From: Clostridia bacterium
GTDB lineage: Bacteria > Bacillota > Clostridia > Oscillospirales > Acutalibacteraceae
Length of the DNA stretch: 64,000 nt
Assembly: GCA_017937865.1 (NCBI GenBank)
Contig: JAGBCU010000009.1
Coordinates: 7,573 to 71,572, forward strand
Reading direction: 5' to 3'
The notes below the pieces were generated by a model, which saw only the letters and a program-made list of their open reading frames with translations, had not been told where the DNA came from and made no database searches. This document shows, piece after piece, positions 36,695 to 46,003 of this stretch (its first letter is position 1; the number at the start of each line of letters is the position of its first letter). The translations under genes and the position numbers were made by a program.

Positions 36695-37594
36695 TTAATA
36701 TTGTCTTGCTGTTATATTTTTGATGTTTGCTTTTTCAAGACAAACGTCGAGAGCATCAGCCGCCGCATCAAATGCTGCACGGTTTGTAGGGTAAGTGTAG
36801 TCGTCTTTAAGCTTGTCCGCTGTTCCGCCTTCACCCTCAAGGTCTTTAAGTCCGTCAAAAACCTTAAGATGCGGTTCAAGAGTAAGAAAATGGTCGCCAT
36901 CCTTGTCCTTTGCAAAGCGAGTAAGAAGCTCAACAATATTTCCGTCGCCTAATCCGGCGGGGCGTACCTTACCGCCCTCATAAAGACAATCTTTTATATG
37001 GAAATAATCAATATAATCCTTAAGAAGCTCGTAGGCGGAGAGAATATCAACACCGCATTGAATGAAGTTTGAAGGGTCAAATATACCTTTGATTTTACCT
37101 TCAAAGGTCTTATATATTTCAAGGCAACGTGTTTCAATGTCGCCGTAAATATCTTTTTCATTTTCGTGGCAACACCAGATACCGTTTTCTAATGAATAAC
37201 TGCACATTTTGTCAAGTCTTTCGAAAACCTCATCTCTGTATTCCTCAAGACTCTGTCCTTTTGTGAAAAAGAAGCTGAACATTCTGATTCTTTCTGTACC
37301 TAAAATGTTAGCTACTTCAACACAGTTTTTGAAATCTTCAAAGTGTGGAGCGAAATCATCGGTGATTTCGATTTTTCCGTAGTGTGAGCCGATAGCAGAA
37401 ACACCGATTCCGTTATCATCAAGAATCTTTTTTAATTCTTTAGCCTGAGCAACGGAGTAAAGAGATATGTTACCCTCGTCAAGACCGCGAGGCTCGATAT
37501 GAGTCATGCCGTGTGCTTTTAAAGCTGCAATTTGTTCTTTAATACCGCCGCCTGCTTCGTCGGCAAAGGCAGAAAGATGAAATGATATTGCCAT
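36695..37594 (-). CDS. Sugar phosphate isomerase/epimerase (xylose-isomerase-like TIM barrel)
   Basis: 299 aa. Pattern of conserved acidic/His residues (HIEPRG, CHENE, FDPSNF, LTLEPH) typical of the AP_endonuc_2 family. Confidence 0.65.
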   Translation of the reverse strand: MAISFHLSAFADEAGGGIKEQIAALKAHGMTHIEPRGLDEGNISLYSVAQAKELKKILDDNGIGVSAIGSHYGKIEITDDFAPHFEDFKNCVEVANILGTERIRMFSFFFTKGQSLEEYRDEVFERLDKMCSYSLENGIWCCHENEKDIYGDIETRCLEIYKTFEGKIKGIFDPSNFIQCGVDILSAYELLKDYIDYFHIKDCLYEGGKVRPAGLGDGNIVELLTRFAKDKDGDHFLTLEPHLKVFDGLKDLEGEGGTADKLKDDYTYPTNRAAFDAAADALDVCLEKANIKNITARQY

Positions 37595-37632
37595 AATAAA
37601 ACTCCTTTATATTATTTGTTTGAATTCTGATA

Positions 37633-38238
37633 TTATGATAAAAATATGTCTTTATTTTCTTTGATATATTTTGCACACATACGGCAAAATTCAGTTGAAT
37701 CATATACTGATGCGAATTCCTCATTTACCTTTGCAATGATTGAGTAGTCAATTGAAACGTCGCTTTCGTCATCATACATAGGGAAAAAGGGAGCTATAAT
37801 TTTTGTGTATTTTTCAGCACCTAAAGCATTTAATGCTTTCTCAGTATACGGAAGTAACGGTGCACCGTTGTTTTTGAAATAAGTTGATAAGCTCTTTTGT
37901 GCATCCTCATCAAAATATTCTGCGAGATAAACGTATTTCTTTTCTTCGGGCAGGTTTGCAAAAGCCTCGTTCATATCAGAAGCATTTTCAAGAAAAACCT
38001 GAATATTCATAGCAACGCCGTGAAGCAATTCGGATTCTTCAGTTCTGTTAATTTTATCATCAGTAAGAACTGTGAATTTTTCGCGAAGCTCATAGTCACG
38101 CTTCCATATAGCAGCTTCTTTTTTTAGTCTTTCTCTTCGTTCTTTAGAAGATTTAAGGGCTTTTGCCCATGCAAATATTGCACCTATGATTGCTATAACT
38201 AAAATAAGCCAGTAATACCATTGAACTCCGAAAAGCAT
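37633..38238 (-). CDS. Membrane-anchored protein of unknown function (C-terminal region DUF4375/DMP19-like)
   Basis: Single N-terminal TM (WYYWLILVIAIIGAIFAWA). The soluble domain motif YVYLAEYFDEDAQKSLSTYFKNNG...ALNALGAEKY weakly resembles DUF4375. Confidence 0.4.
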   Translation of the reverse strand: MLFGVQWYYWLILVIAIIGAIFAWAKALKSSKERRERLKKEAAIWKRDYELREKFTVLTDDKINRTEESELLHGVAMNIQVFLENASDMNEAFANLPEEKKYVYLAEYFDEDAQKSLSTYFKNNGAPLLPYTEKALNALGAEKYTKIIAPFFPMYDDESDVSIDYSIIAKVNEEFASVYDSTEFCRMCAKYIKENKDIFLS

Positions 38239-38249
38239 AGTGTATCTCC

Positions 38250-39071
38250 TTATATCAAAGATTTATAAATATCACTCTTTTTGATTCCCGTTTGCTTAGC
38301 AGCTTCTTTAGCTGCTTCGTTTTTGGATAAACCGTCATCAATAAGATTTTTTGCAATGTTTATTGCATCATGGAGCGTGATTTTCTCTGCTTCGTCTTCA
38401 GGCTTACCCTCAACTATAAGAACAAATTCACCTTTAGGTGCTACCTTGCTGTATTTTTCAGCAGCTTCAAAAAGAGTTGTTCTTTCAACGTTTTCGTGAA
38501 TTTTAGTCAATTCCTTAACGAGAGCGATTTTTCTGTCGCCGAAATACTCTGCCATATCCTTGAGCGTGTTAGGAAGCTTATGAGGAGCTTCGTAAAAAAT
38601 CATTGTGCGTTTTTCGTTAACAAGCTCTTCTAAATGCTTTTTTCTGTTCTGTTTTGTAACAGTTAAAAAGCCTTCAAAGGTAAATCTTCCTGATGGCATA
38701 CCTGAAACCGCAAGGGCAGTAACAAAAGCACAAGGACCGGGCACGGCACAAATATTAATATTATTTTCATGGCAAAGAAGCGTAAGGTCTTCACCGGGGT
38801 CTGAAATAATAGGCATACCTGCATCAGAAACAAGAGCACAGCTTTCACCGTTTAAAAGACGTTCTATAATAACACCGCCTTTTTGCGTGCGGTTGTGCTC
38901 ATAGTAGCTAACCATCGGCTTTTTGATACCGAAATGATTAAGAAGCTTTATGGTAACGCGAGTGTCCTCTGCGGCTATAAAATCGCAATTATTTAATACC
39001 TCAACGGCTCTTGGTGAAAAATCACCTAAGTTACCTATAGGTGTGCCTACAACGTAAAGTGTACCTGCCAT
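38250..39071 (-). CDS. rsmI: 16S rRNA (cytidine1402-2'-O)-methyltransferase
   Basis: GTLYVVGTPIGNLGDFSPRA, IAAEDTR and SDAGMPIISDPG motifs. Confidence 0.9.
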   Translation of the reverse strand: MAGTLYVVGTPIGNLGDFSPRAVEVLNNCDFIAAEDTRVTIKLLNHFGIKKPMVSYYEHNRTQKGGVIIERLLNGESCALVSDAGMPIISDPGEDLTLLCHENNINICAVPGPCAFVTALAVSGMPSGRFTFEGFLTVTKQNRKKHLEELVNEKRTMIFYEAPHKLPNTLKDMAEYFGDRKIALVKELTKIHENVERTTLFEAAEKYSKVAPKGEFVLIVEGKPEDEAEKITLHDAINIAKNLIDDGLSKNEAAKEAAKQTGIKKSDIYKSLI

Positions 39072-39074
39072 AGC

Positions 39075-39623
39075 TTATAAAACGTTACCCTCAGCATCAA
39101 AGAGGGGAAGTCGTTCAAGATAAATAAGGTCGTCTCTGTCTGCGGCTTCACCTTCTGCAAGAATTGCAAGGTTTCCTGCAAGAATAACACCTGCTTTTTC
39201 AACAAGAGTCTGAACAGCCTTTAAAGATTCACCTGTTGAAATAACGTCGTCAACAATTATAACCCTTTTACCCTTCATTTCTTCAGCCTCTGCTGTATCA
39301 AGGTAAAGATGCTGTTCACCCTCTGTTGTAATAGAGTTAACAATAACATCGAAAACTCCTGTCATATAAAGCTTCGGTTTTTTTCTGGCAACAAAGTATT
39401 TCTTACCGCTCTGACGTGACATTTCGTGAGCAAGAGGAATACCCTTTGCTTCTGCTGTGATTATGTAATCAAATTCAGGAGCTTTTTTGAGAAGCTCTTC
39501 GGCACATGCCACTGTAAGCTCTGCGTCACCAAAAATAACAAAAGCACCGATTTGAAGCTTTTCGTTAAGAGGGCAGAGGGGAAGGTTTCTGTCAAGCCCT
39601 GCGATTTTCATTGAATGGAACAT
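39075..39623 (-). CDS. Type I phosphoribosyltransferase (purine/adenine PRT-like)
   Basis: PRPP-binding motif VIIVDDVISTGESL. 182 aa. Confidence 0.65.
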   Translation of the reverse strand: MFHSMKIAGLDRNLPLCPLNEKLQIGAFVIFGDAELTVACAEELLKKAPEFDYIITAEAKGIPLAHEMSRQSGKKYFVARKKPKLYMTGVFDVIVNSITTEGEQHLYLDTAEAEEMKGKRVIIVDDVISTGESLKAVQTLVEKAGVILAGNLAILAEGEAADRDDLIYLERLPLFDAEGNVL

Positions 39624-39723
39624 AAAATTACTTCCTTTTCAAAATATTTTAATACAAATATAATTATACATAAATAATTATATAAAAGTCAATAGAGCAG
39701 GGTTTCAATTTTGTAAAATAAAG

Positions 39724-39752
39724 TTGAAAAAGAGGTTAATACAGTATATAAT
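39724..39752 (+). promoter_or_regulatory. Sigma-A-type promoter for the DUF1643/channel-like gene pair
   Basis: TTGAAA at 39724-39729, a 17-nt spacer, then TATAAT at 39747-39752. Confidence 0.45.
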
Positions 39753-39791
39753 TAATCCGTGATTTTAATATAAAATGATTAGGTGAGATTT

Positions 39792-40412
39792 ATGCATATT
39801 CCGGCTTGTGAAACTAACGAGCTTAATATTATTCCGTTTGAAGAAGCTCTCTTAAATGAGGGTGAAGGCTCATTTGAATACGACCGTCAAAAATGGTTGT
39901 ACGTTCCTAATGCATATACCGAATACCGTTACATATTGGGTACAAGAGGTAAAAATCCCCTTATATGTATTGGCATTAATCCGTCAACTGCAAAGCCCGA
40001 CGACCTTGATAATACCTTAAAATCAGTTGAACGTACCGCAAGATTTAACGGGTACGACAGCTTTATTATGTTTAACGTTTACGCCCAAAGAGCAACTAAT
40101 CCAAAGGATATGGATTGCTCATTTAATGAGCAACTTCACAATGAAAATATGAATGCATTCCGTTATGTATTGTCATCCTACGGTGAGGGTAATAAGCCTG
40201 CTGTGTGGGCGGCGTGGGGTACGATTATTGAAAAAAGACCCTATCTCATAGATTGTGTTCGTGAAATGATAAAAATAGGTAACGAATACGATGCCGGTTG
40301 GTATACGGTTGGTAAACGCTCCGTAAAAGGTCACCCGCATCATCCTCTGTATTTAAAAAATAACAGCCCTGTTGAAGAGTTTGATGTAGAGGAGTATATA
40401 GAAACACTGTAA
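39792..40412 (+). CDS. DUF1643-family protein (uracil-DNA-glycosylase-like fold superfamily, function unknown)
   Basis: ICIGINPSTAKPDDLDNTLKSVERTARFNGYDSFIMFNVYAQRATNP...AAWG matches the DUF1643 pattern (NPS.A....D.T......A...GY.....N....R...P......AWG). AGGTGAG RBS before the ATG at 39792. Confidence 0.7.
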   Translation: MHIPACETNELNIIPFEEALLNEGEGSFEYDRQKWLYVPNAYTEYRYILGTRGKNPLICIGINPSTAKPDDLDNTLKSVERTARFNGYDSFIMFNVYAQRATNPKDMDCSFNEQLHNENMNAFRYVLSSYGEGNKPAVWAAWGTIIEKRPYLIDCVREMIKIGNEYDAGWYTVGKRSVKGHPHHPLYLKNNSPVEEFDVEEYIETL

Positions 40413-40465
40413 CATCGTATTGTTGATTGTTGAGAGATTGTTCGAATTATAGAAGGAGATTTAAA

Positions 40466-41701
40466 ATGGCAGAGAGAATAAAAAGGATCCTTGTAATTAT
40501 CATATCTTTTTCAGTTGCTTTTTTATTTGTTGCTTTGGCGTGGTTTTTGTTGGATGCAGGCTTTTTCATTCGTTTAGGCAACGGAATCGAAAACTATCCT
40601 AATAGTTTATCGGATTTTCTTTTGTATCTGATTGGGTATGGCGATATCGCTGTGTATAGCACCGGTCTTAAAATATTTATAACAATGTTCAGTGTGCTTC
40701 TGTTGGCATTGCTCTCATCAGTATTAACTGTCAGTCTTTTTGAGTGGCAGGAAAAATTAAAGATTAACCCAAGTGCTGTTTTATATAAAAATGCTTATGA
40801 TGAGATTTACGGGTTATTTGTGGTTTCTACACGTCAAAGAGATTTGTATGACGTTAAAATAACACTTCATTTGACAGTAGCAAACAGTAATTACGAGGTC
40901 GAAAAAACAATTGCATATTTGCCAAAAAACAAATCTTTTCCTATTGTTTTCAAAGCTGAATTCGGTAGTGTGCTCTATCGCTTTCTTAAATCATACGCAG
41001 ACAATAAAACTGAAAATACTTTATTAGTGTGTATGGTTTCATACGTAGATAGTAAAAATGGTCAGAACTATATATCCTGTAAGGAATTTAAGTTGTTTCC
41101 GGAAAACGGAAGTAATTGTATATATCCTGTTTTAGAGATAATTGACATTAATGGAAAAAAAGAATTGCCTTCTTTTTTGAAACAACTCAAAACAAAAGCA
41201 GTTGCTTTAAAAACATTTGATGATAGTTTTTGCTCTGATGATTATGTTTTTGATTTGTCTTTAGCAAACGAAATTTGTTCCGAAAACATAAAAATGAGCT
41301 TTGAAAATAACAATACAGTCATTAAAGGTGATGTGAAATTTTCTTCTGAAACCAGAAATCCTGATGCTTTTGGAATGATAGTATTCGATAACCCTTATAC
41401 TAAAGATTGGGTTTTGTTCAAAGAATTCAACGGTATTCTTTGTTTTGACACTTTTGTAGAAGGAGATATTACGTTGCTTTTTGAGTTCAAAAAGCTTGAC
41501 GGCAGTTTGATTGTGAAGAGAATACCTGAATTCAAATCAAATGGAGAATGGCAACATTTTGAGTATCAATTGTCACAATTAAGCGATGATGATTTGTGTG
41601 ATGTAAAAGAGTTGTGTTTTACAGTAAAAGATACAAGTTATTTGAGAAAAGGTGCTTTCAAAATTAAGAATCTTGAAATAAGTTGTAATGACAGAAAATA
41701 A
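40466..41701 (+). CDS. Two-TM potassium-channel-like pore domain fused to a ~300-aa uncharacterised soluble region
   Basis: TM1 (ILVIIISFSVAFLFVALAWFLL), then a pore-loop-like LSDFLLYLIGYGDIAV with GYGD encoded at 40634-40645, then TM2 (IFITMFSVLLLALLSSVLTVSLF). A beta-rich region follows with no motif I recognise. AGGAGA RBS at 40454-40459. Confidence 0.55.
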   Translation: MAERIKRILVIIISFSVAFLFVALAWFLLDAGFFIRLGNGIENYPNSLSDFLLYLIGYGDIAVYSTGLKIFITMFSVLLLALLSSVLTVSLFEWQEKLKINPSAVLYKNAYDEIYGLFVVSTRQRDLYDVKITLHLTVANSNYEVEKTIAYLPKNKSFPIVFKAEFGSVLYRFLKSYADNKTENTLLVCMVSYVDSKNGQNYISCKEFKLFPENGSNCIYPVLEIIDINGKKELPSFLKQLKTKAVALKTFDDSFCSDDYVFDLSLANEICSENIKMSFENNNTVIKGDVKFSSETRNPDAFGMIVFDNPYTKDWVLFKEFNGILCFDTFVEGDITLLFEFKKLDGSLIVKRIPEFKSNGEWQHFEYQLSQLSDDDLCDVKELCFTVKDTSYLRKGAFKIKNLEISCNDRK

Positions 41702-41733
41702 AAGCTGAGTTTTTTGATTTGTATAATAATTTA

Positions 41734-41762
41734 TTGACATTTGAGTAGCAGTTTAGTAAAAT
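41734..41762 (+). promoter_or_regulatory. Sigma-A-type promoter
   Basis: TTGACA at 41734-41739, a 17-nt spacer, then TAAAAT at 41757-41762. Confidence 0.45.
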
Positions 41763-41799
41763 ATTAAGATAGTACTTTTTGTCAAAATAAAAGAAATGA

Positions 41800-43446
41800 G
41801 TGAGAAATTTGCCGATTACAGAATATCTTGTAAGTAACGCAAAAAACTACAAAAACGAAGTTGCTCTTGTTGAAATCAATCCCGAGCTTCAAGAGAAAAG
41901 CAGAATGACATGGAGAGAGTATTCTCTTATAGAGCCTACTGCTGAATCAGGAAGAAAAGAGCTTACCTGGGGTGAGTTTGATAAAAAAGCAAACAGATTT
42001 GCAAATTTGCTTTTATCAAGAGGAATAAAGAAGGGTGACAGAGTTGCTATTCTTCTTATGAATAGCCTTGAGTGGCTTCCCGTATATTTCGGTATATTGA
42101 AAGCGGGTGCTCTTGCTGTTCCGCTTAACTATCGTTATACAGCGGATGAAATTAAATATTGTCTTAAGCTTTCCGATAGCTCAGTGCTTGTTTTCGGTCC
42201 TGAATTTATCGGACGTGTTGAAGAAATTTGCGATAGAATTCCTGATGTGAAATATTCATTCTACGTTGGTGAGGATTGCCCCAGCTTTGCCGAAAGCTAC
42301 GATAAGCTTGTTAACTATTGTTCTTCAAAAGACCCTGAAATTAAATTAACGGATGACGACGAAGCAGCCGTTTACTTTTCTTCAGGTACAACGGGCTTTC
42401 CGAAAGCGATTCTTCACGCTCACAAAAGCCTTGTTCACGCTGCAAAAACAGAGCAGGCACACCATTCTCAAGGCAGGGATGATGTGTTCCTTTGTATTCC
42501 GCCTCTTTACCATACAGGCGCAAAGATGCATTGGTTCGGCTCTCTTGTTGCAGGTAGCAAAGCAGTTATCCTTAAAGGTACAAAGCCTTCTTGGATTATA
42601 AAAACTGCAAGTGAAGAGAAGTGCACAATAATCTGGCTTCTCGTACCGTGGGCTCAGGATATACTTGATTCAATTGATAAAGGTGAAATTGATTTAAGTG
42701 AATATACGCTTTCACAGTGGAGACTTATGCATATAGGTGCACAGCCTGTTCCGCCAAGCCTTATTAAAAGATGGCTTGCTGTGTTCCCTCATCATCAATA
42801 CGATACCAACTACGGCTTGAGCGAGTCAATCGGCCCCGGTTGTGTTCATTTAGGCGTTGAGAACGTTCACAAGGTTGGCGCTATCGGTAAAGCAGGATAT
42901 GGTTGGGAAGTAAAGATTATCGACGAATGCGGCAACACCGTTAAAAAAGGCGACGTTGGTGAGCTTGCCGTAAAGGGTCCCGGCGTAATGCTTTGTTATT
43001 ACAAGGATGAAAAAGCAACTAACGATGTTCTTCATGACGGTTGGCTTTATACGGGTGATATGGCTCAGGAGGATGAAGATGGCTTCATTTATCTTGTTGA
43101 CCGTAAAAAAGACGTTATCATTTCAGGCGGTGAAAACCTTTATCCCGTTCAGATTGAAGATTTCCTTCGTAAGCACGACGGTATTAAGGATGTTGCAGTT
43201 ATCGGTCTTCCTGATGCTCGTTTAGGTGAAATTGCAGCAGCTGTTATTGAAGCAAAAGAGGGCGTGACTCTTACGGAAGATGATATTAACGACTTCTGTT
43301 TTGATTTACCCAGATATAAACGTCCGAGAAAATTAATCTTTGCAAAGGTTCCCCGTAATCCCACAGGTAAAATTGAAAAGCCTAAGCTTCGTGAGATTTA
43401 TTGCGGTGAAAGTCTTGTTGCATCTCAAAATGAAATTAATAAATAA
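41800..43446 (+). CDS. AMP-forming acyl-CoA synthetase/ligase (ANL superfamily)
   Basis: AMP-binding signature YFSSGTTGFPKAI, then TGDMAQEDEDGFIYLVDRKKD and the terminal PRNPTGKI lysine motif. GTG start at 41800 is uncertain. Confidence 0.8.
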   Translation: MRNLPITEYLVSNAKNYKNEVALVEINPELQEKSRMTWREYSLIEPTAESGRKELTWGEFDKKANRFANLLLSRGIKKGDRVAILLMNSLEWLPVYFGILKAGALAVPLNYRYTADEIKYCLKLSDSSVLVFGPEFIGRVEEICDRIPDVKYSFYVGEDCPSFAESYDKLVNYCSSKDPEIKLTDDDEAAVYFSSGTTGFPKAILHAHKSLVHAAKTEQAHHSQGRDDVFLCIPPLYHTGAKMHWFGSLVAGSKAVILKGTKPSWIIKTASEEKCTIIWLLVPWAQDILDSIDKGEIDLSEYTLSQWRLMHIGAQPVPPSLIKRWLAVFPHHQYDTNYGLSESIGPGCVHLGVENVHKVGAIGKAGYGWEVKIIDECGNTVKKGDVGELAVKGPGVMLCYYKDEKATNDVLHDGWLYTGDMAQEDEDGFIYLVDRKKDVIISGGENLYPVQIEDFLRKHDGIKDVAVIGLPDARLGEIAAAVIEAKEGVTLTEDDINDFCFDLPRYKRPRKLIFAKVPRNPTGKIEKPKLREIYCGESLVASQNEINK

Positions 43447-43457
43447 GAGGTACATAT

Positions 43458-45191
43458 ATGAAAAAATTGCTTTTAGGTAATGAAGCGGTTGCAAGAGGTC
43501 TTTATGAGGCAGGTTGCAGAGTTGCTTCAAGTTATCCCGGTACACCCAGTACTGAAATTACAGAGGTTATTTCAAAATATGACGAAATAACAAGTGAGTG
43601 GGCGCCCAATGAAAAGGTAGCTGCTGAGGTTGCTTTCGGTGCGGCTGTTGCAGGTGCACGTTCATTCTGCGGTATGAAGCACGTTGGTCTTAACGTTGCT
43701 GCTGACCCTCTTTTTACTTCTTCTTATACAGGCGTTAATGCGGGTATGGTTATCGGTGTTGCTGATGATCCGGGTATGCATTCATCACAGAATGAGCAGG
43801 ATAGCCGTCACTACGCTCAGGCATCAAAGATTATGATGTTAGAGCCTGCTGATTCAGACGAATGCCTTAAATATGCAAAAATGGCTTACGAGCTTTCAGA
43901 GAGATTTGATACACCTATCCTTTTAAGACTCACAACAAGAGTTTCTCATTCAAGAAGCCTTGCTGAAGTTGGCGAAAGAGTTGATAACGGTCTTAAAGAA
44001 TATGTAAAGAATCCTCAAAAATACGTTATGGTGCCTGCCAATGCTAAGGGTAAGCATGTTGTTGTAGAAAAGAGAATTCTTGACCAGATTGAATACTGTG
44101 AAACAGAAGCGGTTGCAAACGGTCTTAACTCAGTTGAATACAACGATAAGAAGATTGGTGTTATTACTGCAGGTATTTGCTATGAATACGCAAAGGAAGC
44201 TTTAGGTGATAAAGCATCATACCTTAAATTAGGCTGCGTTTATCCCTTGCCTGAAAAGCTTATAAAGGATTTCTGCAAGGAATGCGAAACTGTTTATGTG
44301 CTTGAAGAGCTTGACGATTTCATTGAAACACATTGCAAAAAAATCGGTGTTGAGGTAATCGGAAAGAGTGCATTTACCCTTCAGGGTGAATACTCACAGG
44401 GACTTATCAGAAAAGTAGTTCTTGGTGAAGATGTAGAATCAGTTAAAGCAGACGTAGATGTACCTGCAAGACCTCCCGTTCTTTGCGCAGGCTGTCCTCA
44501 CAGAGGTCTTTTCTATACTCTTAAGAGATTGAATGTAACCGTTAGCGGTGATATCGGTTGTTATACTTTGGGCGTTGCAAAGCCCTTAGGTATGATGGAT
44601 ACCGTTCTTTGTATGGGTGGTAGCGTTTCAGGTCTTCACGGAAGAAACCTTGCAAATCCCGATAAGGCTAATAAGAGCGTTGCTGTTATCGGTGACTCAA
44701 CCTTTATCCATTCAGGCGTAACAGGTCTTATTGATATTGCGTACAACAACAGTAATTCAGTTACAATTATTCTTGATAACAGTATTACAGGTATGACAGG
44801 TCATCAGCAGAATCCTACAACCGGCTACAATATTAAAGGAGAACCCGCAGCTGCAGTAAGTCTTGAAAAGCTTTGCGAGGCGGTTGGTATCAATAACGTT
44901 TTCGTTGTTGACCCCTATAATCTTGATGAATGCTATACAACGATAGGTAAAGCACTCGACTTGAATGCACCTGCAGTTGTTATTTCAAGAAGACCTTGTG
45001 CGCTCCTTAAAACTGTTAAGCATAATCCTCCTTTAAAGGTTAATAAGGATAAATGTAAGTCATGTAAAATGTGTATGAAAATCGGTTGTCCTGCTATTAG
45101 TATGAAAGACGGTAAAGCAGAAATCGACTTTACACAGTGCCTCGGTTGCAACGTTTGTTCACAGCTTTGCAAATTTGGTGCTATTGAATAA
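43458..45191 (+). CDS. iorA: Indolepyruvate:ferredoxin oxidoreductase alpha subunit
   Basis: MKKLLLGNEAVARGLYEAG...SYPGTPSTEI N-terminus, a TPP-binding GDSTF motif, and two C-terminal 4Fe-4S Cys clusters (CKSCKMCMKIGCP, CLGCNVCSQLC). Confidence 0.85.
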   Translation: MKKLLLGNEAVARGLYEAGCRVASSYPGTPSTEITEVISKYDEITSEWAPNEKVAAEVAFGAAVAGARSFCGMKHVGLNVAADPLFTSSYTGVNAGMVIGVADDPGMHSSQNEQDSRHYAQASKIMMLEPADSDECLKYAKMAYELSERFDTPILLRLTTRVSHSRSLAEVGERVDNGLKEYVKNPQKYVMVPANAKGKHVVVEKRILDQIEYCETEAVANGLNSVEYNDKKIGVITAGICYEYAKEALGDKASYLKLGCVYPLPEKLIKDFCKECETVYVLEELDDFIETHCKKIGVEVIGKSAFTLQGEYSQGLIRKVVLGEDVESVKADVDVPARPPVLCAGCPHRGLFYTLKRLNVTVSGDIGCYTLGVAKPLGMMDTVLCMGGSVSGLHGRNLANPDKANKSVAVIGDSTFIHSGVTGLIDIAYNNSNSVTIILDNSITGMTGHQQNPTTGYNIKGEPAAAVSLEKLCEAVGINNVFVVDPYNLDECYTTIGKALDLNAPAVVISRRPCALLKTVKHNPPLKVNKDKCKSCKMCMKIGCPAISMKDGKAEIDFTQCLGCNVCSQLCKFGAIE

Positions 45192-45209
45192 GAAAGGGGA
45201 GTGCAGTAA

Positions 45210-45779
45210 ATGAATAAATCAATTATGATAGTTGGTGTAGGCGGTCAAGGTACACTTCTTGCAAGCCGTATTTTAGGTAGTGCCCTCCTTTCAAAAGGGT
45301 ATGATGTGAAGGTTTCCGAGGTTCACGGTATGAGCCAGAGAGGTGGCTCTGTTGTAACCTACGTTAAATACGGTGAAAAGGTTTATTCACCTGTTATAGG
45401 TGAGGGTGAAGCAGACCTTATCCTTGCTTTTGAACAGCTTGAAGCAGCAAGATGGCTTTCTTGCCTTAAAAAAGATGGTAAGGTTGTTGTTAATACTCAG
45501 AAAATTGACCCTATGTCAGTTGTTATCGGTGATAGCGTGTATCCTGATGGTGTAATTGATGCGGTAAAAAATGCAGGTGCAACAGTGGTTGAGCTTGACG
45601 CTCTTCCTCTTGCAGTTGAAGCGGGATCACCTAAAGCCGTTAACGTTGTTCTTATCGGTGCAATGGCTAAGAATACTGATATTGATAAGGAAATCTGGCT
45701 TGATGCAGTTAAAGCTTGTGTGCCTGGAAAATTCCTTGAGCTTAACCTTAAGGCTTTTGAATTAGGTTACTCAAACTGA
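45210..45779 (+). CDS. iorB: Indolepyruvate:ferredoxin oxidoreductase beta subunit
   Basis: IMIVGVGGQGTLLASRILG and VHGMSQRGGSV motifs. 189 aa, immediately downstream of iorA. Confidence 0.85.
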   Translation: MNKSIMIVGVGGQGTLLASRILGSALLSKGYDVKVSEVHGMSQRGGSVVTYVKYGEKVYSPVIGEGEADLILAFEQLEAARWLSCLKKDGKVVVNTQKIDPMSVVIGDSVYPDGVIDAVKNAGATVVELDALPLAVEAGSPKAVNVVLIGAMAKNTDIDKEIWLDAVKACVPGKFLELNLKAFELGYSN

Positions 45780-45801
45780 AAATAATACGTATATATTTTT
45801 G

Positions 45802-45838
45802 AGGTGCCTTTGTTTTAAAAGGCACCTTATTTCTTTGT
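45802..45838 (+). terminator. Rho-independent terminator
   Basis: AGGTGCCTT (45802-45810) pairs with AAGGCACCT (45819-45827), followed by TATTTCTTT. Confidence 0.7.
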
Positions 45839-45903
45839 AAAAAAGTAACAAATATCAAGTGAATTCTTTTACTTACAGTGCCATTTATAAAGGCAATTTT
45901 TGG

Positions 45904-45932
45904 TTGACAAAACAGACTAATTGTACTAAAAT
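45904..45932 (+). promoter_or_regulatory. Sigma-A-type promoter for the giant surface protein gene
   Basis: TTGACA at 45904-45909, a 17-nt spacer, then TAAAAT at 45927-45932. Confidence 0.45.
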
Positions 45933-46003
45933 AAACTATGTAGTATTATAAGTATAACTATAATACTGTTCAGCTGAATAATCAGCTAGTTCTTATTGAA
46001 AGG

